A stretch of 64,000 nt of DNA, taken from Dehalococcoidia bacterium. Lineage in GTDB: Bacteria > Chloroflexota > Dehalococcoidia > Bin125. The first letter of the stretch is position 1. Every line of letters starts with the position of its first letter. The notes beneath the pieces were generated by a model. That model made no database searches. It had not been told where the DNA came from and saw only the letters and a list, made by a program, of their open reading frames with translations. A program made the position numbers and the translations under genes. The DNA is taken from assembly GCA_963555985.3 (NCBI GenBank), contig OY820591.1, forward strand, positions 1,504,001 through 1,568,000, read 5' to 3'. Of this stretch, positions 58,351 through 64,000 are shown one piece after another.

Positions 58351-58755
58351 GTGGCCTACGAGAAGCCCCTCCCGAATCCGGACGAGAACACACAGCCCTG
58401 GTTCGATGCCCTCCGCGAGCACAAGCTGCTCTTGCAGTACTTCCCCTCAGCCGACCACTACCAGTACCCCTACACCGACCGCTGCTACAAGGACTGGTCG
58501 ACCGACTGGGAATGGCGCGAATCGGCCGGCAATGGCGTTGTCTACACCTGGGTGCGAATGCACCAGCTCTATCACCCGTCTTGGAAAGAGGAGATCCCGT
58601 ACACCCTCGCCGTCGTCGAACTCGATGAGGGGCCGCGGATGCAGACGAACCTGGTCAACGTGGATGTCGAGGACATTCACGTGGGTCTGCGGGTAAAGAT
58701 CTACTTCGACGACGTCACCGACGAATTCACACTGCCCAAGTTCGAGCCTGCCTGA
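58351..58755 (+). CDS. DUF35 OB-fold partner of the thiolase-like protein
   Basis: KPLP..D..TQPWF, GVVYTW, PY.LAVVELDEGPRM, LPKF; GTG start. Confidence 0.88.
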   Translation: MAYEKPLPNPDENTQPWFDALREHKLLLQYFPSADHYQYPYTDRCYKDWSTDWEWRESAGNGVVYTWVRMHQLYHPSWKEEIPYTLAVVELDEGPRMQTNLVNVDVEDIHVGLRVKIYFDDVTDEFTLPKFEPA

Positions 58756-58774
58756 TCGATTGCGCCCGAAACCG

Positions 58775-60031
58775 ATGCCCGAGACCCCGCAGCCGACCGA
58801 CAGACCGCCGCTTGACGGCGTACGTGTCGTCGACTTCACCTGGATCGTCGCCGGTCCGACCTGTACCCGTCTCCTCGGTGATCTCGGCGCGGAGGTAATC
58901 CGGGTCGAGAACGAGCAGACCCTCGACTCAATCCGCTTCGGAGGGCCGCATCCGAACGGTTTCGATCCCCCTGACTCAGGCGGAATGTTCAACTGGCTAA
59001 ACCGCAACAAGCGCTCGATCACGCTCAACGCACGCCATCCGCACGGGCTGGACTTAATCAAGCGGCTGATCTCCGTATCGGATGTCGTCGTTGAGAACTA
59101 CTCCTCGAGGGTGCTCGAAAACTGGGGACTGAGCTACGAGCAGCAGCGCGAGCAGCGTGAGGACATCATTTATGTCTCGCTCAGCGGCTTCGGGCACAGC
59201 GGCCCCCAGCGCGACTACGGAACTTGGGGGCCAACCGCGCAGGCGCTCTCCGGACTCACGGCAATGTCGGGACTGCCCGGCGAGGAACCCGCAGGCTGGG
59301 GATACTCCTACTTGGATCACATGGCCGGATTCACCGCCGCCGCCGCAATCGTCGCGGCGCTGCACCACCGTCGCGCAGCCGGCGAAGGGCAATGGATCGA
59401 CCTCTCTCAAGTCGAAACCGGCATGACCCTGAGCGGCCCCGCGACGTTGGACTACACCGCCAACGGGCGCCGCTACCGTGAGACCGGGAATCCGCCGGGC
59501 AACCGCAGCGTCTGGCCCCGATCTGCGCCCCACAACACCTATCCGACAGCAGGCGAAGACAACTGGATCACGATCACCTGCACCTCCGACGCTGAGTGGT
59601 CGGCCTTCTGCGACGTAAGCGACCACCCCCACTGGCGCGACGATCCACGCTTCGCCACGCTCCCGGCCCGCCTCCGCCACGAGGACGAGCTGGATGAACA
59701 GATCGGCTCATGGACCGCTGGACAAGATGGACGCGCGCTCATGTATCGCTTGCAGGCCGCTGGCGTCCCCGCTGGCGTGGTTCAAAACGGTGTTGACCTA
59801 GTGCTCAATGACCCGCAGCTCGCAGCACGCGAATGGACAGCCGAGCGGGAGCATCCCGTGATCGGTCGCCACATCACCGATGGTCTCCAGATGCGGTTCT
59901 CACGCACGCCCGCGCACCGCGATCGCCCCGGACCGCGCCTGGGTGAAGCCAACGAGTACGTGTTCGGCGAACTGCTCGGCATGAGCCAAGGCGAAATCGA
60001 AGAACTGCGCCGAAGCGGAGCTTTGGGATGA
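58775..60031 (+). CDS. Family III CoA-transferase (CaiB/BaiF), subunit with catalytic Asp
   Basis: GVRVVDFTWIVAGP, NRNKRS, ENY, YLDHMAG. Confidence 0.93.
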   Translation: MPETPQPTDRPPLDGVRVVDFTWIVAGPTCTRLLGDLGAEVIRVENEQTLDSIRFGGPHPNGFDPPDSGGMFNWLNRNKRSITLNARHPHGLDLIKRLISVSDVVVENYSSRVLENWGLSYEQQREQREDIIYVSLSGFGHSGPQRDYGTWGPTAQALSGLTAMSGLPGEEPAGWGYSYLDHMAGFTAAAAIVAALHHRRAAGEGQWIDLSQVETGMTLSGPATLDYTANGRRYRETGNPPGNRSVWPRSAPHNTYPTAGEDNWITITCTSDAEWSAFCDVSDHPHWRDDPRFATLPARLRHEDELDEQIGSWTAGQDGRALMYRLQAAGVPAGVVQNGVDLVLNDPQLAAREWTAEREHPVIGRHITDGLQMRFSRTPAHRDRPGPRLGEANEYVFGELLGMSQGEIEELRRSGALG

Positions 60032-60035
60032 TGTC

Positions 60036-61286
60036 GTGACAAATCGCGCAGGACCGCTTGAGGGGCAGCGAGTCCTGGATCTCAGCGATCCAAAGGGACA
60101 CTACGCGGGCAAGCTGCTCGCTGGACTCGGCGCGGATGTCATCAAAATCGAGCCGCCTGGCGGCGACCTTGGACGCAAGTACGGCCCCTTCCTTGACGAC
60201 CTGCCGGGTCCTGGCCGATCGCTCTATTGGTGGTACTACGGAGCCGGCAAGCGCTCGCTAGTGCTAGACCTTGAAAGTGCCGACGGCCTCGAGCTCTTCG
60301 TACAACTCGCAGAATCAGCCGACGTCGTCCTGGAGACAGCGACCCCGGGCCGACGCCCGTTCGATCCGGTTGCCTTGTCCGACCTCTTTCCCAAACTGGT
60401 CGTGGTCAGCCTGACACCGTTCGGCCAGACCGGACCCTGGCGAGACTGGGCCTGGTCGGACGGCGTTGGACTGGCGCTAGGCGGACCAATGGGATCAACC
60501 GGCTACGACAACATTCCCGGCGCGCCCCCCATGCGTCCCACCGAACACCACGCCGGCCACATCGCCGGCTACTTCGTCGCAACCGGAGCGGCAACCGCGC
60601 TTTACGAGCGTCAGCAAAGCGGGCTCGGACAACATCTCGACATCGCCATGCACGAGTGCTGCGCCTTCACGATCGAATCCTCCGCGCCTTGGGCCCTGTA
60701 CGCACAGCATCCACTCCTGCGACAGACCGGACGCCATGCTGGCCCCCAACCGACTGAGCCCTGGCAATACCCGACGGCGGACGGACGCCTCATCAACATC
60801 TTCGGGATGCCGCGCTCGGAAGCGAGTTGGCTCGCCTTGGTGTCGTTCATCCAGGAGCACGGAATGGGAGAGAACCTGAGCGACTTCGAGCTTTTGGACG
60901 GACGCAAACGCCAGTTGGGACTGCGCCAACCGACAGTGGCAATGATGTTGGCCGACATCGCCGAATTCATCGCGGCGCATGATGCAGAAGAGATATACGC
61001 TGGCGCACAGGCGGCCGGAGCCGCTTGGTCGATCATCCGCACGCCCGATGAGCCGCTGGACGATGAACACTGGCATGCACGTGGCTTCTTCATCGATGTC
61101 GAGCATGAGGAGTGGGGGAGAACCGTGACCTATCCGGGCGCACCCTACCTGTTATCGCAGACCCCCTGGCAGTACGGTCGCCGCGCCCCGCTGCTAGGCG
61201 AGCACACGGCCGAGATCCTGTGCGGAGAGCTCGGCCTCACAGCCGAAGAGCTCGGCGCGCTTGCCGCCGCCGGAGTCACAGCATGA
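60036..61286 (+). CDS. Family III CoA-transferase, probable non-catalytic subunit
   Basis: RVLDLS, GADVIKIEPPGGD, GKRS, TPFGQTGP, APLLGEH; no Asp at the catalytic position. Confidence 0.88.
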   Translation: MTNRAGPLEGQRVLDLSDPKGHYAGKLLAGLGADVIKIEPPGGDLGRKYGPFLDDLPGPGRSLYWWYYGAGKRSLVLDLESADGLELFVQLAESADVVLETATPGRRPFDPVALSDLFPKLVVVSLTPFGQTGPWRDWAWSDGVGLALGGPMGSTGYDNIPGAPPMRPTEHHAGHIAGYFVATGAATALYERQQSGLGQHLDIAMHECCAFTIESSAPWALYAQHPLLRQTGRHAGPQPTEPWQYPTADGRLINIFGMPRSEASWLALVSFIQEHGMGENLSDFELLDGRKRQLGLRQPTVAMMLADIAEFIAAHDAEEIYAGAQAAGAAWSIIRTPDEPLDDEHWHARGFFIDVEHEEWGRTVTYPGAPYLLSQTPWQYGRRAPLLGEHTAEILCGELGLTAEELGALAAAGVTA

Positions 61287-62095
61287 GCCAGCGAGGACCG
61301 CAACGACGGCGGCGGCGACGCCCGCGACGCCCGGTTGGCTCGTCCGGCGAGTCCGAAGTCGGCGGGCGTCCAGCTGCCGCTGAGTCCGGCGACTCCGAGG
61401 GCGAGGCCCGAGGGCCAGGTGGCGGCCGCAGGCGCGGAGGTGAACAGGCCCAAGCGCAACAGCCCCCCCGGCGCACGCTCTTCGGAATGCCCCGCATGTC
61501 GGTCGCGCTCTTGGGCGGTCTGCTGGTGGCTATGATCGCCGTCTTTGCCATGCAGTTGATCTTCCCGCCGGAGGAAGTCGTCGACGTCGAAGGTGTAACC
61601 ATCTTCCCCGACCAGGGACGCCGCCACCTCGCCGAAGGCGAGTCGTTCGACGACTACAACTCGTTCCCCCCGACCTCCGGCCCACAGCCTGCCCAAGGAG
61701 CCGAGGTCAAGATCTGGTTGCCCGATGATGAGGACATTCCCGCGCCTGCGCAAATGCTCCCCCTACTCGAACGCGGTGGCATCGTGATCTATTACGACCC
61801 GGACGTGTACGAAGACGCCGACGACGCAACCGGCTTGCTCGGCGCGATGCAGAGCTTGCGTCAGTTCCGTGAGCGCCTCGCCGCGGTTCCCATTGAAGGA
61901 CTCGCAGACAGTCGTGATGACGGTGCCACGATCGTGGTGGTCGCCTGGCGCACGATGCTCCCGATCGCCTCATGGGATGCCGATGGCGACACACAGCTGG
62001 GCGGATTCATGCAGAACGCGCCCGAGGGATACTACGACCGCTATCGGCTCGAACGTGACGGGACGACCGTTTCGGCGGCGAGTGCGGACGAGTAG
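61283..62095 (+). CDS. Membrane-anchored DUF3105-like protein
   Basis: Arg-rich N-terminus, TM helix, DQGRRH, YNSFPPTSGP, LERGGIVIYY, VAW; ATG 61283 overlaps the upstream stop. Confidence 0.8.
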   Translation: MSQRGPQRRRRRRPRRPVGSSGESEVGGRPAAAESGDSEGEARGPGGGRRRGGEQAQAQQPPRRTLFGMPRMSVALLGGLLVAMIAVFAMQLIFPPEEVVDVEGVTIFPDQGRRHLAEGESFDDYNSFPPTSGPQPAQGAEVKIWLPDDEDIPAPAQMLPLLERGGIVIYYDPDVYEDADDATGLLGAMQSLRQFRERLAAVPIEGLADSRDDGATIVVVAWRTMLPIASWDADGDTQLGGFMQNAPEGYYDRYRLERDGTTVSAASADE

Positions 62096-62098
62096 CAG

Positions 62099-62644
62099 AT
62101 GCCACTCAGATCGATCGCGGTTGGATTGCTGATTGCGCTGGCGGGAATCTTCTTGGCCTGCGGCGGCTCAGGCAGCGATTTGGCGGAAGATCCACGCCTG
62201 GAGCTGTACGACGACGAACTGACCACGGAAGGCCAACGACATCTGCCGCCGACAGTCACCGTTCCCTACCCGACGATCCCGCCCTACGGCGGGCCGCACG
62301 ACTCCATCCCCACTCCCTGCGGCATCCTCAGCGCCACCCCAAGATTCGAGAATGTGGTGCATGCGCTTGAGCACGGAGCGGTCGTCTTCTGGTACTCCCC
62401 CCATGAACTTGACCCAGAATCCACTGACGGACTGATCGCGATCGCCGCTGACCTGCTCGAAGACGGCCACTACGTGATCGTCGCGCCCTACGGCGCGCTG
62501 GGGCATCCCCTGGTGCTGGTGAGTTGGGGCGAGCGCATGGCCTTGGAACAGCTGGAGCAGGAGACAATCGCCGCATACATCGACGCTTTCCATGACGACG
62601 CCCCCGAACCGCTCGCCGCGGGCGGTTGTCAGACCGCGCTCTAG
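62099..62644 (+). CDS. DUF3105-like lipoprotein
   Basis: FLAC lipobox; PPYGGPH, VHALEHGAV, SWG, APEP. Confidence 0.85.
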   Translation: MPLRSIAVGLLIALAGIFLACGGSGSDLAEDPRLELYDDELTTEGQRHLPPTVTVPYPTIPPYGGPHDSIPTPCGILSATPRFENVVHALEHGAVVFWYSPHELDPESTDGLIAIAADLLEDGHYVIVAPYGALGHPLVLVSWGERMALEQLEQETIAAYIDAFHDDAPEPLAAGGCQTAL

Positions 62645-62653
62645 ACTCTCTCC

Positions 62654-64000
62654 GTGAGCCAATCGCAGCATCCCCTCGAACCGATCTTCTCGCCGCGCGG
62701 GGTGGCGGTAGTAGGCGCGTCTCGCGGTCAGCGCGGAGCGAGAGGGCCCGGCGGCTGGATCGAATCGCTCAAAGACGCCGGTCAACCCAACATCTATCCC
62801 GTCAATCCAAAAGCCGCCGCCGAAGGTCTGGCGATCGGCGGCTATCCCGCTTACGCGCGGCTGATCGATATTCCCGGCCCGGTCGATCATGTCATCTCCG
62901 CAATCCCGGCTGCTTATGTCTTGGACATGCTGGAGGACGCCGCAACCGCCGGTGTGCGCAGCATCCACCTCTTCACCGCCGGATTCGCGGAGACCGGGCT
63001 TGCCGAACGGAGCGAGTTGCAGCACCAGCTCAAGTCCCGCGCCGCCGAACTAGGCATCCGACTGATCGGCCCCAACTGCATGGGCCTCTACGTTCCCGAC
63101 GGCAACGTCTCCTTTTCCCAGCAACTGCCGACCGATTCCGGCCCAGTCGCCTTCTTCTCCCAGTCCGGTACCAACGCCAGCGACGCCACCTACAACGGCG
63201 CCCTGCGCGGTCTGCGCTTCTCGAAAGTCGTCTCCTTTGGCAACGCGATCGACGTCTCCGCCGCCGAACTGATCGAATATGCCCACTGCGACCCCGAAAC
63301 TGAGATCATCGGCGCCTACATCGAAGGCATGACCGACGCGCGCGACTTCTTCCGCTCGCTGCGAGCCGCGGCGCGAGACAAGCCGGTCGCCCTGCTCAAA
63401 GGCGGACTGCTGCCCTCCGGCAGTCGCGCCACCCAATCGCACACGGCCAGCCTCGCCGGATCCGGGCAGATCTGGTCTGCCGCCGCACGCCAGGCAAACG
63501 CCGTCCTGGTCCACAACATGCAGGAGATGGTCGACCTGCTCGTCGGCTGGAGATTCGGAGCTGTCCCCGCCGGACCGCGAATCGGACTCGTCGTCGGCGG
63601 AGGCGGCATCTCGGTCCAGGGCGCCGACGATGTCGAACGCGAAGGCCTGCAACTGCCGCCGCTGAGCGAAGCGACTTTGAGTCGCCTGGCCGAGGTCACG
63701 CCCGTCGCGGGCACGGGCATCCGCAATCCCGTCGACACGATGTCGCTCTGGGATGGCAAGAGAATCCGCCCGACGCTCGAAGCCGTCGCCGAAGATCCGA
63801 GCATCGACGCGATCATCGTGCAAGTCGGCATGAACTGGGGAGTCGGGTTCTTCGGAGACGACCAGATTGAAAACCGGCGCAGGATGATCGCCGAAATCAA
63901 CGAAGCCCGCCAACGACACGGGATCGCGATCGCGATGGTCGTCCCGATCAGCATCGATCACCGCCACGGCCAGTCCAACGCGGCGCTGGCGAGAATGATC
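62654..64000 (+). CDS. NDP-forming acyl-CoA synthetase alpha-type subunit, truncated at window end
   Basis: Not in the ORF track. GTG at 62654: MSQSQHPLEPIFSPRGVAVVGAS...YPVNPK...TAGFAETG...IGPNCMG...SQSG...SHTASLAG...NPVD. Confidence 0.92.
   Translation, partial: MSQSQHPLEPIFSPRGVAVVGASRGQRGARGPGGWIESLKDAGQPNIYPVNPKAAAEGLAIGGYPAYARLIDIPGPVDHVISAIPAAYVLDMLEDAATAGVRSIHLFTAGFAETGLAERSELQHQLKSRAAELGIRLIGPNCMGLYVPDGNVSFSQQLPTDSGPVAFFSQSGTNASDATYNGALRGLRFSKVVSFGNAIDVSAAELIEYAHCDPETEIIGAYIEGMTDARDFFRSLRAAARDKPVALLKGGLLPSGSRATQSHTASLAGSGQIWSAAARQANAVLVHNMQEMVDLLVGWRFGAVPAGPRIGLVVGGGGISVQGADDVEREGLQLPPLSEATLSRLAEVTPVAGTGIRNPVDTMSLWDGKRIRPTLEAVAEDPSIDAIIVQVGMNWGVGFFGDDQIENRRRMIAEINEARQRHGIAIAMVVPISIDHRHGQSNAALARMI

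Noticed and set aside
1-64000. tRNA/rRNA genes, prophage, integrase
   Set aside because: None recognised by eye; a tRNAscan/Infernal run would be needed to exclude them fully.

Overview
A GC-rich bacterial chromosome window, most consistent with Chloroflexota/Dehalococcoidia such as SAR202-like or sponge-associated lineages. This is inferred from gene content: F420 cofCD, tandem paralog expansions, a large FN3 surface protein and a UGSC selenoprotein locus. Most of it is core metabolism: dinB, malic enzyme, lipAB, aceE-aceF-lpdA, folP, a ybbN-like thioredoxin, cofCD, class II RNR nrdJ, a core methionine synthase, a sirtuin, and a thiolase-like/DUF35/CoA-transferase/acyl-CoA ligase cluster. 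Five signals are not shown by the ORF track. (1) An in-frame UGA fuses two short ORFs into a U-G-S-C selenoprotein with a downstream SECIS-like hairpin; it sits among three paralogs of an uncharacterised family, one fused to a CxxC thioredoxin domain. (2) An IS30 element is inserted into a REP-like palindrome and takes its transposase stop codon from the target. (3) A structured ~135-nt leader with a 17-codon ORF lies upstream of the sirtuin. (4) Two distant intergenic loci carry 10-bp-periodic TCTGGACAAA repeats behind LexA-box-like promoters. (5) A serine-palmitoyltransferase-like operon suggests sphingolipid synthesis. All calls come from reading motifs by eye; no database searches were run.
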